Below are positions 40,993-50,190 of a stretch of 64,000 bases of DNA, in pieces (positions within the stretch are counted from its first letter, which is position 1; each line of letters opens with the position of its first letter). The stretch is from Candidatus Parcubacteria bacterium (GTDB lineage: Bacteria; Patescibacteriota; Minisyncoccia; Phycocordibacterales; CAIZLB01), in assembly GCA_043760135.1 (NCBI GenBank), contig JAYUPL010000007.1:106-64105 (forward strand), in the 5' to 3' direction. The notes under the pieces are model-generated. The model did no database searches. It was not told where the DNA came from and was given only the letters and a program-made list of their open reading frames with translations. Position numbers and translations under genes: made by a program.

Positions 40993-42009
40993 ATGCTTAA
41001 AAGATTTACACGGACGGCCTTATTATGTTTGATTTTGATAATTGGAGTCTTTTTGAGTAATAATGCTCGGGCTGCATTTATAAATGACTTTATTGTACCT
41101 CGAGGCTTTACGTTTAATAGAAATCTAGTTAAAGGTACAACTGTGTCACCAGATGTGAGATATCTACAAAATATTTTAAATATCTCAACCTCAACTCGTG
41201 TGTCTGAAAAGGATGCGGGTGCTAACGGAAAACTAACACCATATTTTGGTGATAAAACAGAAAGTGCATTGGCACGATTCCAACAAACATTTAAACAAGA
41301 TATAGAGTTTGAAAAAGCTATATCAACAACAACTGGTGCAAATCAATATGTTATAAATTCGAAAGTGGTGGATCCGTACACTCGTATTGTATTAACTAAG
41401 TTGGTTACCATATACAACGATCAGCTTGATACCTATAAAAAAGTTAGAGCTGCAACTTCTACATTGCCTTTTTCTTCAACAACAAAATTTAAAACTGATG
41501 AGGGAAAAACTGATGAAAAATTTGATGTTAAAAAAGGCGGTTTTGAATATTCACCACAAGGTTTACTTTTAAAATTAATTGGTGGACAGGATTTGGTTGA
41601 TAAGATTTATAGTTATTCTCCAGTAGGAATGATAGAAGGTGGCGGTGCTGGGGGAGGAAGTGGTGGTGGTGCGGCACTTGGATCTTTGGGAGGGATAGGT
41701 GGAGCAGGAGGTAGTGGTGCATCTGCATCTTCGGGTATTTACAACTTCGGCGGTAAAACAGTTTCTATGGTAACTTGTACATGTAGTCTTAATCTTTTAT
41801 TATATGTTCAAGATGTGAGAGGTGCAACTATTCCATTGATATATCAGCCAGGTGCTACGTATTTGTATAAAATGTATACACCGACAGTGGGGGTGAACGT
41901 ATTAGGAAAATATGTATCAGGTGGACAATGTTTACTTATCGGATATCCGTGTTACACCGGTGGAAGTCCGATGGGTACTATGATACAACTAGGTACATCC
42001 GCTTTATAG
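40993..42009 (+). CDS. secreted hypothetical protein with Gly-rich segment
   Basis: Signal peptide; 'GGGAGGGSGGGAALGSLGGIGGAGGSGAS'. Confidence 0.4.
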   Translation: MLKRFTRTALLCLILIIGVFLSNNARAAFINDFIVPRGFTFNRNLVKGTTVSPDVRYLQNILNISTSTRVSEKDAGANGKLTPYFGDKTESALARFQQTFKQDIEFEKAISTTTGANQYVINSKVVDPYTRIVLTKLVTIYNDQLDTYKKVRAATSTLPFSSTTKFKTDEGKTDEKFDVKKGGFEYSPQGLLLKLIGGQDLVDKIYSYSPVGMIEGGGAGGGSGGGAALGSLGGIGGAGGSGASASSGIYNFGGKTVSMVTCTCSLNLLLYVQDVRGATIPLIYQPGATYLYKMYTPTVGVNVLGKYVSGGQCLLIGYPCYTGGSPMGTMIQLGTSAL

Positions 42010-42012
42010 ATT

Positions 42013-43020
42013 ATGTCTTTCATTCAAAAATTAAAACAAGATAAACAACGACCCTTATTTGTACTGGCTCCAATGGCTGATGTGACAGATGTGGCTTTTC
42101 GAACTGTCATAGGTGAGGCAGCGTCACCTGACATCTATTGGACTGAGTTTGTGTCGGCAGATGGGCTTATACGAGCTACGGAGATTGGAAAATATAAGCT
42201 AAAAAAAGATTTATTATTTGATACAGAAAAACAACGACCTATTATTGTTCAATTATTTTCTTCTACGTATCAATATATGTATGAGGCAACAAAACTTTGT
42301 ATTGAACTTGGTTTTGATGGTGTGGATATAAACATGGGTTGTCCAGATAAATCAATTGAAAAACAAAAGTGTGGTGCGGCGATGATTAAAAATCCAGAGC
42401 TGGCAGTTGGTGTGATAAAAGCCTGTAAGGATGCACGGCGAGATTTTGGAAATGAAAACTTTTCTGTATCTGTAAAAACTCGAGTAGGATACAATGCGGT
42501 TGAATTAGATTCTTGGATTCCACTATTGTTGGAACAAGAAATCGATCTCATAACTATCCATGCCCGTACTCGAAAAGAAATGTCGAAAGTTGAAGCAAAT
42601 TGGGACTATGTCAAGACTGTTGTCAAGATGAGAGATGGTTGGGTTGAAAAAAATCCTACAAAAACCGCACCACTTATTTTTGGAAATGGTGATGTTGTAA
42701 GTGTTGAGGATGGATTTTCTAAGTGTGAAAATTTTAATGCAGACGGAGCAATGATTGGACGAGCTATGTTCGGTAATCCGTGGTTCTTTAAAGATATCGA
42801 AGAAAAATTCGTACCAACGAGGGAAGACAGAATTAAAACCTTGATCAGACAAGTTGAAGTGTTTGATAGGGAATTGGGAGATGTAAAATCTTTTGCTGTG
42901 ATGAAGAAATTTTTTAAGACGTATATGAATGGGTTTGAGGATGCGAAAGAGATCAGGGAGAAAATTATGGGGATGGAAAATGCCGGTGAGGTTACGAGGT
43001 TTTTGAGAGAATCTCTTTAG
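42013..43020 (+). CDS. dus: tRNA-dihydrouridine synthase
   Basis: 'LAPMADVTDVAFR', TIM-barrel FMN motifs, 'DINMGCP'. Confidence 0.8.
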   Translation: MSFIQKLKQDKQRPLFVLAPMADVTDVAFRTVIGEAASPDIYWTEFVSADGLIRATEIGKYKLKKDLLFDTEKQRPIIVQLFSSTYQYMYEATKLCIELGFDGVDINMGCPDKSIEKQKCGAAMIKNPELAVGVIKACKDARRDFGNENFSVSVKTRVGYNAVELDSWIPLLLEQEIDLITIHARTRKEMSKVEANWDYVKTVVKMRDGWVEKNPTKTAPLIFGNGDVVSVEDGFSKCENFNADGAMIGRAMFGNPWFFKDIEEKFVPTREDRIKTLIRQVEVFDRELGDVKSFAVMKKFFKTYMNGFEDAKEIREKIMGMENAGEVTRFLRESL

Positions 43021-43048
43021 ATGGTAGGGTTGCTTTTTTCGTCAAGAT

Positions 43049-43738
43049 ATGTTTAAATTACATACCCGAAGCGATAACGAAACGCTTGGATTAACACAAA
43101 CTAGAACATTACATACTATGCCTAAAATTGAAGGACACATTAGCCAGATCGAAGCACTTACCAGAAAACTTGGTGCAACTCCAGAATCTCTAGACGCAGT
43201 ATTGGCTTCCAACCTGCTCCGAGATATCCTGAACCCAGATGCAATTCTGAGAAATCTGACTCGAGATTCTTTGAGGCGCATCATTGAACTTCCTGAGCTG
43301 CTCCATGTTGATTACAGTCTGACGTTGGAGGAGGTTATCCGTCAGTCTCAGATTCAGGACATTGACCCGAACCTGTTCAAGGTTGATGCTAAATGCTGGG
43401 AATACAAGTATTCAACCATGAAGACTTTCGAGTGCGAGGATGTTATTTTCGGTGGCCCGACGATTATCAAAAACGCCCGCGAAACTATCAATGGTTCTGA
43501 TGGAGGTTCGTGGCGACAGGTTGATTTGTACCAATTTTTGGTATATCACTGCAAGCATCTAGAAAAACATATTCATCACCCAATTATCTGTGGTCAGATT
43601 CTTGAAATCAAAGGGGTGCAACACATCGCCGTTCTCGGGTCTGAGAAGAAACGTTCATTCATTCATCTGATGCCGATAAAGAGTATGCCGGCTTGGCCAA
43701 AAATAACCCTTTTTCCCAAGGTGCGATTAGCAAAATAA
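43049..43738 (+). CDS. hypothetical protein (229 aa), higher G+C
   Basis: ORF track only. Confidence 0.35.
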   Translation: MFKLHTRSDNETLGLTQTRTLHTMPKIEGHISQIEALTRKLGATPESLDAVLASNLLRDILNPDAILRNLTRDSLRRIIELPELLHVDYSLTLEEVIRQSQIQDIDPNLFKVDAKCWEYKYSTMKTFECEDVIFGGPTIIKNARETINGSDGGSWRQVDLYQFLVYHCKHLEKHIHHPIICGQILEIKGVQHIAVLGSEKKRSFIHLMPIKSMPAWPKITLFPKVRLAK

Positions 43739-43820
43739 CGACGTACAATCGCAAAAACCAAAAATCCTGCAACAGCATCACACTGTTGCGGGAATTTTAT
43801 TTTACATATAAAATCAAACT

Positions 43821-44276
43821 ATGAATTACTGGCTCATGAAATCTGAAGGAGATTGCTATCCTATCGAACAACTTAAAAAAGATAAAGTCACTCCATGGGG
43901 CGGTGTGCGCAACTATCAAGCACGAAACTACATGAAAGAGATGGAAGTTGGAGATATGGTTTTATTCTATCATTCAAGTTCAAAACCCACTGGAGTATTT
44001 GGATTGGCAAAAGTTGTAAAAACTGCACATCCTGATCTGACCGCTTTTGATAAAAGAGATGATCATTATGATGAACGATCAACAGTAGAAAAACCCATCT
44101 GGGAATGTGTTGATGTACAGTATGTTTCAACATTTAAAGAACCTATCACATTAGATGAAATGAAAAGATATCGAGAGTTAAGCACAATGAAATTATTTCA
44201 AAAAGGATCAAGATTGTCAGTTATTCCAGTGACTGAGAAGGAGTACAATTTTATTGTTTCTTTGGGGAAAGTTTAG
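43821..44276 (+). CDS. EVE (PUA-like) domain protein
   Basis: 'MNYWLMKSEG...GGVRNYQARNYMKEMEVGDMVLFYHSS...GVFGLAKVV'. Confidence 0.7.
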   Translation: MNYWLMKSEGDCYPIEQLKKDKVTPWGGVRNYQARNYMKEMEVGDMVLFYHSSSKPTGVFGLAKVVKTAHPDLTAFDKRDDHYDERSTVEKPIWECVDVQYVSTFKEPITLDEMKRYRELSTMKLFQKGSRLSVIPVTEKEYNFIVSLGKV

Positions 44277-44321
44277 AATTTCTTTATGAGAACTTTATGT
44301 TGGTTTTGGTATTATTTTTGA

Positions 44322-44801
44322 ATGCTAATCGAAAAACCAAAAAAGCCTGCATTTATCCACGGACCTATCCTACCTCTGAATAAAAGAGAGGAGATGTACT
44401 TGTGGAAAATAAAAAATATTATCAAATATAAAAGCACTCATGAAAATATTGGGTATGTACCCGAATCTTTATCAAAGGACGCTAAAGTCAGACCCCTTAT
44501 TTTATCTCGAAGTATATTACATAAAATTCAATCTGATCATGGACATATTTGTCCAGAAAACATGATTATCAATGCACATCGGTGGGATTATATCGTTTCG
44601 TATCCATATAACAATGTAGACAAGATTGTGCTGGTAAAGAATATACCGAATAGTCGCAATTATTTTGTGTTAGCAGCTAACAGAAATAATGGTTTTTATA
44701 TTGTGACACATTTCGAAGTCGAAGCGATGACTGGAAAAAACTTAAAACGTCTCCTCGGTAGAGGAAACGTTTTAAGTAGGGGGCCTTCTATATGCCTATA
44801 G
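44322..44801 (+). CDS. hypothetical protein, copy C of the ~160-aa paralogous family
   Basis: Full-length alignment to copies A and B; 200 bp upstream of the MazF-like gene. Confidence 0.5.
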   Translation: MLIEKPKKPAFIHGPILPLNKREEMYLWKIKNIIKYKSTHENIGYVPESLSKDAKVRPLILSRSILHKIQSDHGHICPENMIINAHRWDYIVSYPYNNVDKIVLVKNIPNSRNYFVLAANRNNGFYIVTHFEVEAMTGKNLKRLLGRGNVLSRGPSICL

Positions 44802-45001
44802 TACCGATCTGAGACTTTTTCAAGTCAGTATGAGAAGGTGTCATGTGTCATCGGTAATGGTTGTATTATACGCTTGGGTAAACCAAAGTCAAATTGTAGA
44901 ATATTTTGATCATTTCAATGAAATATAATTTTATTTTTTCTTTGGTAAAACTTTAAAATCTCTTTATCAGAACTTTATCGGTATTTTTATAAAATTGATG
45001 G

Positions 45002-45400
45002 ATGAATAACAAAAACTATGATGAATGGAATATATTAAAGAAAAGAATAAATAAATTATATAAAACCAAACATCCAAAAATAAGAGAAGTTTGGTGGGTA
45101 AATATCGGTTTGAATATAGGCTCTGAAATATATGGAAAGGGTTCAAAATATTTAAGACCTGTATTGGTGTTAAAGGTAAATGATGAAAGTTTTTTAGGTA
45201 TACCATTATCATCAAAATTAAGGAAAAGCAAACAAAGATTCATTTTGAAAACAAATGATCAGAAGCTTCATTCCTTGGTTTTTAATCAAATTAAGATTTT
45301 GGACAACAGGAGATTGTTGAGTAAGAAGTATATTATTTCAAAAAATAAATTTAGGAAAATAATCCGTAAATTTAAAAATACGATAACCGTCAATGGTTAG
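45002..45400 (+). CDS. MazF/PemK-family toxin-like protein
   Basis: 'REVWWVNIGLNIGSEIYGKGSKYLRPVLVLK' matches the MazF/PemK core; paralogue of the ThrRS N-terminal domain. Confidence 0.65.
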   Translation: MNNKNYDEWNILKKRINKLYKTKHPKIREVWWVNIGLNIGSEIYGKGSKYLRPVLVLKVNDESFLGIPLSSKLRKSKQRFILKTNDQKLHSLVFNQIKILDNRRLLSKKYIISKNKFRKIIRKFKNTITVNG

Positions 45401-45502
45401 TTGACGGTTATCCGGCCCGAAGGCTGAGGAGCATAAGCTCAACTCGTACCTTCATTGTATCAAATTATCTTTTGCTGTCAAATTTGGTATAATACTCATC
45501 AT

Positions 45503-46426
45503 ATGTCAGAACACACATCCTTATATAGAAAATATCGCCCCTCTAATTTCTCTGAAGTTCTAGGTCAAGATCATATTATTTCTGTATTACAAAAAGCTAT
45601 TGAAAGTAAAAATCCAAACCATGCCTACATCTTTACTGGTTCAAGAGGTATTGGAAAAACTTCTATTGCTCGTATCTTTGCTCGAGAGTTAGGGGTTAAT
45701 GAAGCTGATATTTATGAGATTGATTCAGCATCGTATACTGGAGTTGATAATATTAGAGAGCTTATCGAAAGTGCCACGGTACTTCCGATGCAATCACCAT
45801 ACAAAGTGTACATACTCGATGAGGTTCACATGCTTTCGAAGAATGCTTTTAATGCATTTCTTAAGGGATTGGAAGAGCCACCAAAGCATGTGATTTATAT
45901 ATTGGCGACAACAGAATTAAATAAATTATTAGATACAATTATTTCTCGCTGCGAAGTTCATAATTTTAAAAAGCCGAGTATCGAGATACTGTCTCAAGTT
46001 GTTTCGGACGTTGTCAAGAAAGAAGGGTTATCTATAGATGATGAATCGACAAAATTGATAGCCATGAGCGGGGATGAATCTTTTAGAGATACATTGTCTG
46101 TTTTGCAAAAAGTTATCGCATCTATTGGAAGTAAGAAAATAGAGAACATAGAACATATTTTAAATATTCCGGATATATCTTTGATCGAAGAGATTATAGA
46201 AAAGAATATAAAAGGGGAGGCAGTGTTTGAAAATATTGATAAACTAAAACAAAATAATGCTGATGGAAAAATCGTGTATGATTTGTTTATGGATAGATTA
46301 CGATCAAAATTGAGAGAGGGAAAAGATAAAGAAAAAGTTCTGAGCTTGTTTACTAAGGCATTGGAAAATTATCGACATGTAAGGTTTGTGGATGCGTTTT
46401 TGGTGTTGGAGGTGGTGTGTGGATAA
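45503..46426 (+). CDS. dnaX: DNA polymerase III clamp-loader subunit (gamma/tau-like, or delta')
   Basis: 'YRPSNFSEVLGQDHI', Walker A 'GSRGIGKTSIAR', 'ILDEVHML', 'SRC'; short (307 aa); -10 TATAAT 9 nt before ATG. Confidence 0.6.
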   Translation: MSEHTSLYRKYRPSNFSEVLGQDHIISVLQKAIESKNPNHAYIFTGSRGIGKTSIARIFARELGVNEADIYEIDSASYTGVDNIRELIESATVLPMQSPYKVYILDEVHMLSKNAFNAFLKGLEEPPKHVIYILATTELNKLLDTIISRCEVHNFKKPSIEILSQVVSDVVKKEGLSIDDESTKLIAMSGDESFRDTLSVLQKVIASIGSKKIENIEHILNIPDISLIEEIIEKNIKGEAVFENIDKLKQNNADGKIVYDLFMDRLRSKLREGKDKEKVLSLFTKALENYRHVRFVDAFLVLEVVCG

Positions 46427-46449
46427 AGAAAATATGATATTATTTAAAT

Positions 46450-46704
46450 ATGAAATTTATAGTATATCTTTTTGATGCATGGTTGAACTTTTTGAGTTTA
46501 TTTGCTGGAGATAGTTTAAGTGCATCTCTTATTGTTTCAGGGATAGGGTTTATAACGTTTGCAGCAGTTTTAATAACTATCGTATTAACAATATTAAAAT
46601 TTATTTTTAAATATCTTAAATTGAAAGATAATTATATATCTAAGGTAATTGTGATTCTGGTATTATTATTATTAATATTTTATTGGAATTATTTAACTTG
46701 GTAA
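46450..46704 (+). CDS. small membrane protein
   Basis: ORF with two hydrophobic helices. Confidence 0.3.
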   Translation: MKFIVYLFDAWLNFLSLFAGDSLSASLIVSGIGFITFAAVLITIVLTILKFIFKYLKLKDNYISKVIVILVLLLLIFYWNYLTW

Positions 46705-46765
46705 ACATAAAGTTAAACGAAAAATAACCACCCGTAAGGATGGATATTTTTATTTTATATATTCT

Positions 46766-48757
46766 CTATGCAAACAATATCACAGGAATAATAATTGGTC
46801 TTTTGGCAGTCTCTCTAAAGATAAACTTACCAAGCGTATCCGTCACAACATCTTTCACGTAATCAAGATTAGGTGCATTTCTTGTATCATACACCGCCTT
46901 CTCGATAGTAGTTCGAACAGTTGTTCTGATCTCTCTAAGCAAGTCTTGTGACTCTCTTAAGTAGACTGACCCTCTTGAGATAATATCAGGAGATTTAATA
47001 AGTCGTCCTGTCATTGGATTCAACATTGCAACAACCACGAAGATTCCGTCTTCAGCCAGAATTTGTCTATCTCGAAGAACAACATCTTGAATATCTCCAA
47101 CTGTAAATCCATCAACGATTACAACATTGTCAGGAGCTTTCACACCAAGCTTCACGAATTTAGTTCCTTTATCTTGGATCTCAAGAATATTACAGTCATC
47201 AGGAATAATAATATTTTCCTTTGGCATACCAATTTGCATTGCAAGATCAGCATGAAGTTTTACGTGATAATGGTGACCATGCATCGGCATAAAGAATTTA
47301 GGATTCAATTTCTTATGTAACCACTCGATCTCTCCACGGTTCGCATGTCCTGTTGCGTGAATAAACACATCAGATGATCTGTAGTGAATAATCTTTGCAC
47401 CTGAACGAGCAATATTATCTTTCATTTTTTGTACCGCTTTTTCATTTCCAGGAATGATAGATGATGACAGTAGAACAGTATCTCTATCAGTTATTTGAAC
47501 ATATTTATGCTGCTTTGTAGAAATACGCATCAAGGCTGAGAATTCATCTCCCTGTCCACCAGTGGCTAAGATAACAATCTTATCAGGTGAATAGTTGGCC
47601 ATGTCTGGTGCATTGATCACTGTACTTTTATTTATCTTAAGCATTCCAGCTTGGATCATAATATCAATATTGTTTTTTAGTGAACGTCCTTCAATCACAA
47701 GTTTCTTTCCATTCTTTTCACAGGCTTCAGCGATTTTTGCAATACGGAAGAAGTGAGAGGCGAACATTCCGACAATAAGACGACCCTTTATTTCCTTTAC
47801 AATTTGTACCAAGTTGTCATGTACAATAGATTCAGGAGTAGAGAAGCCAGGGTTTTCAATGTTTGTAGATTCACCTAATAAAAGGAGAACATTTTTTCCA
47901 TCAAATACTTTATAGTTTTCTTCTTCTTCGTCGGTTGGTTTTCCATCAACGTGGTCAAGCTTAAAGTCTCCAGGTGTTGTAATCCATCCGTATGGTGTGT
48001 CAAAGATAATACCCATAGAGTCAGGAATAGAGTGAGTTACTCCGTAAAATTTTACTGATGTTTTTCCGATGATTACAGTTTCATTTCCTTCGATTATTTT
48101 AAAATCTATTGGTGGAACATGAGGAAACTCAGCTTGACGTTTTTTCAACATCAGCGATGTAAGGTTTCGAGTATACACTGGGGGCATACCGATCTTCTCC
48201 ATAATATATGGGATTGCACCGATGTGGTCCAAGTGACCGTGAGTTACGATCATGGCTCGGATTTTATGTTTTCTTTCTTCAAGATATTTTGTGTTTGGTA
48301 AAATATAGTCGATACCAGGTGTAGCTTCTTCTTTGAATTTGAAACCGGCATCGATCACAATAATGTCGTGCTCGTTTTCAAAAACAGTCATGTTCATACC
48401 GATCTCTTCAACTCCACCAAGTGGAATAATACGAAAAGTGTCAGGCGCTACATCAGGAATGTTATGTTTAACCCCGTGCTTGATTTGACTTGCTGAACCG
48501 ATGTTTGGTCGTGTTCGTGGCATGTTAAATCTTTTTGCTCCGGGCTTTTTCATTTTGATACCAGTTAATTCACCACTCGCGTTAGATGAAAAGGTATCAT
48601 TCATATTTAAATTATTGTCCTGTCTTCTCGTGATTGGACCAGGTGCACGTGCTGGCGCAGATGCTCTTGGTGTGACAGGGGTATTTGGTATTGGTAAATT
48701 TTTCTTTAGACCACCGTGATATACCCTTGATGGCGGTCTGTTGTTATTTGGATTCAT
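46766..48757 (-). CDS. rnj: ribonuclease J (metallo-beta-lactamase/beta-CASP) with ~110-aa Pro/basic-rich N-terminal extension
   Basis: 'HGHLDHIGA', beta-CASP and RNase J C-terminal motifs. Confidence 0.85.
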   Translation of the reverse strand: MNPNNNRPPSRVYHGGLKKNLPIPNTPVTPRASAPARAPGPITRRQDNNLNMNDTFSSNASGELTGIKMKKPGAKRFNMPRTRPNIGSASQIKHGVKHNIPDVAPDTFRIIPLGGVEEIGMNMTVFENEHDIIVIDAGFKFKEEATPGIDYILPNTKYLEERKHKIRAMIVTHGHLDHIGAIPYIMEKIGMPPVYTRNLTSLMLKKRQAEFPHVPPIDFKIIEGNETVIIGKTSVKFYGVTHSIPDSMGIIFDTPYGWITTPGDFKLDHVDGKPTDEEEENYKVFDGKNVLLLLGESTNIENPGFSTPESIVHDNLVQIVKEIKGRLIVGMFASHFFRIAKIAEACEKNGKKLVIEGRSLKNNIDIMIQAGMLKINKSTVINAPDMANYSPDKIVILATGGQGDEFSALMRISTKQHKYVQITDRDTVLLSSSIIPGNEKAVQKMKDNIARSGAKIIHYRSSDVFIHATGHANRGEIEWLHKKLNPKFFMPMHGHHYHVKLHADLAMQIGMPKENIIIPDDCNILEIQDKGTKFVKLGVKAPDNVVIVDGFTVGDIQDVVLRDRQILAEDGIFVVVAMLNPMTGRLIKSPDIISRGSVYLRESQDLLREIRTTVRTTIEKAVYDTRNAPNLDYVKDVVTDTLGKFIFRETAKRPIIIPVILFA

Positions 48758-48848
48758 TGTTTTAATTTTTAGTTTAGTTAACCTCGATGCATCTGTAAAG
48801 AGTTACAGTTCAAGGTTTTGTATAATTAGTAACAATTAAACTAAGTTT

Positions 48849-49094
48849 TTATTTCCACAGATCAACGAGTACAGAGGCTACGAATAGTATAGAGATCACT
48901 ATTGTAAAGTAGAAGATGAACTTTTCAGCTCCACGACGTGTGTGCCAATTTGAAGTAGCGCCACCACCGAAAGAACCTCCGGCATCAGACTCTGTTTGTT
49001 GTATCAATACAAGTATTACCATCAATATAGCTAGAAATATCTGTATGTAAGGGAGAATGCTTAGAATAACTGTTAACATGCTTAGAGTATACAC
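48849..49094 (-). CDS. secG: preprotein translocase subunit SecG
   Basis: Two TM helices flanking 'ESDAGGSFGGGA' Gly-rich loop. Confidence 0.6.
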   Translation of the reverse strand: MYTLSMLTVILSILPYIQIFLAILMVILVLIQQTESDAGGSFGGGATSNWHTRRGAEKFIFYFTIVISILFVASVLVDLWK

Positions 49095-49133
49095 TAGTTA
49101 TGTGTGTTTGAAAAGGGCTTATTTATATATGAA

Positions 49134-50006
49134 TTATAGTCTCATTTCCTTCTTCGGAAACATTTGAGACAATATAACCGCTGTGAAAATTATTCCAAAA
49201 AGCACAGCCAAAGATATTGCTGAGCTAATATGAATATGGAAAATTCCAAGCATCATTTTCCCTCCAATAAAAAATAGGATGATTGCCAAAGCCTTCGTAA
49301 TAAGATGAAATTTATGAAGTATATATTCAACAACGAAGAACAATGACCGTAGACCTAAAAGAGCAAAAGCATTTGCAGTAAAGATCACAAATCTATTTTG
49401 ACTAATAGCAAACGAAGCGGGGATAGAATCAACGGCAAAAATAATATCAGAAAATTCTATCATCAAGAGACATAGGAAGAGATTGGTGATGTGAAATTTC
49501 TTGTTAATCGTAATAAAAAACTTCTTGCCATGATGTCCATCAGCAATTGGTAAAACTTTGTTTAAAAATTTTAGTATTTTATTTGTATCTAAATTTTTAT
49601 CTTTCTCATTTTTCTCTTTTAATATTTGAATACCAGTGTAAATAAGAAGTGCACCAAAAAGATACAATACCCATTCAAATCTTTGTACGATTTCAAATCC
49701 TAACCCTATAAAAATGGCACGAAATACAAATGCCCCCATAATTCCTAAAAATAATACTCGATGCTGATATTTTTCCTCAACTTTAAAATAAGAGAATATT
49801 AAAAGCATGATAAAGAGGTTATCAATAGAGAGCATGTATTCAGTTATATACACAGAGAACCATTGAAACCCAATCTCGGCACCGCGAGTAAAGTAGACAT
49901 AGATACCAAAAGCAACAGCGGTCATCACCCACATTAAGGTCAGTAAAATAGATTTTTTTATTTTGTTCATTGGTATATTAAAACATGTTTGAAGTGGATT
50001 TGACAA
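49134..50006 (-). CDS. TerC-family integral membrane protein
   Basis: Multi-TM; 'LSIDNLFIMLLIF' TerC-like motif. Confidence 0.5.
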   Translation of the reverse strand: MSNPLQTCFNIPMNKIKKSILLTLMWVMTAVAFGIYVYFTRGAEIGFQWFSVYITEYMLSIDNLFIMLLIFSYFKVEEKYQHRVLFLGIMGAFVFRAIFIGLGFEIVQRFEWVLYLFGALLIYTGIQILKEKNEKDKNLDTNKILKFLNKVLPIADGHHGKKFFITINKKFHITNLFLCLLMIEFSDIIFAVDSIPASFAISQNRFVIFTANAFALLGLRSLFFVVEYILHKFHLITKALAIILFFIGGKMMLGIFHIHISSAISLAVLFGIIFTAVILSQMFPKKEMRL

Positions 50007-50158
50007 ACTTTAACAACTTGCTAAAATAAATATGTAATCTGAAGGACAGAAAATTAACAATCGGCTTGCTGCGGACTTCGCTGAAAATGCTTAGTACTTA
50101 TGGATGAAATGTTCTCATTTTTAATAAATGATCCCTGCCGTCATCCCAGACTACAATT

Positions 50159-50190
50159 AAAAACACCACCGGTTATCCGGTGGTGTTTTT
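50159..50190. terminator. rho-independent terminator overlapping the 3' end of ORF 50173-50505
   Basis: 'AAAAACACCACCGG ttat CCGGTGGTGTTTTT' perfect hairpin. Confidence 0.6.

Noticed and set aside
44830-44928. 32-codon ORF in the gap upstream of the MazF-like gene as a candidate MazE antitoxin
   Set aside because: No RHH/AbrB-like sequence features; the start is not conserved in the homologous flank of copy A, so more likely non-coding conserved flank.
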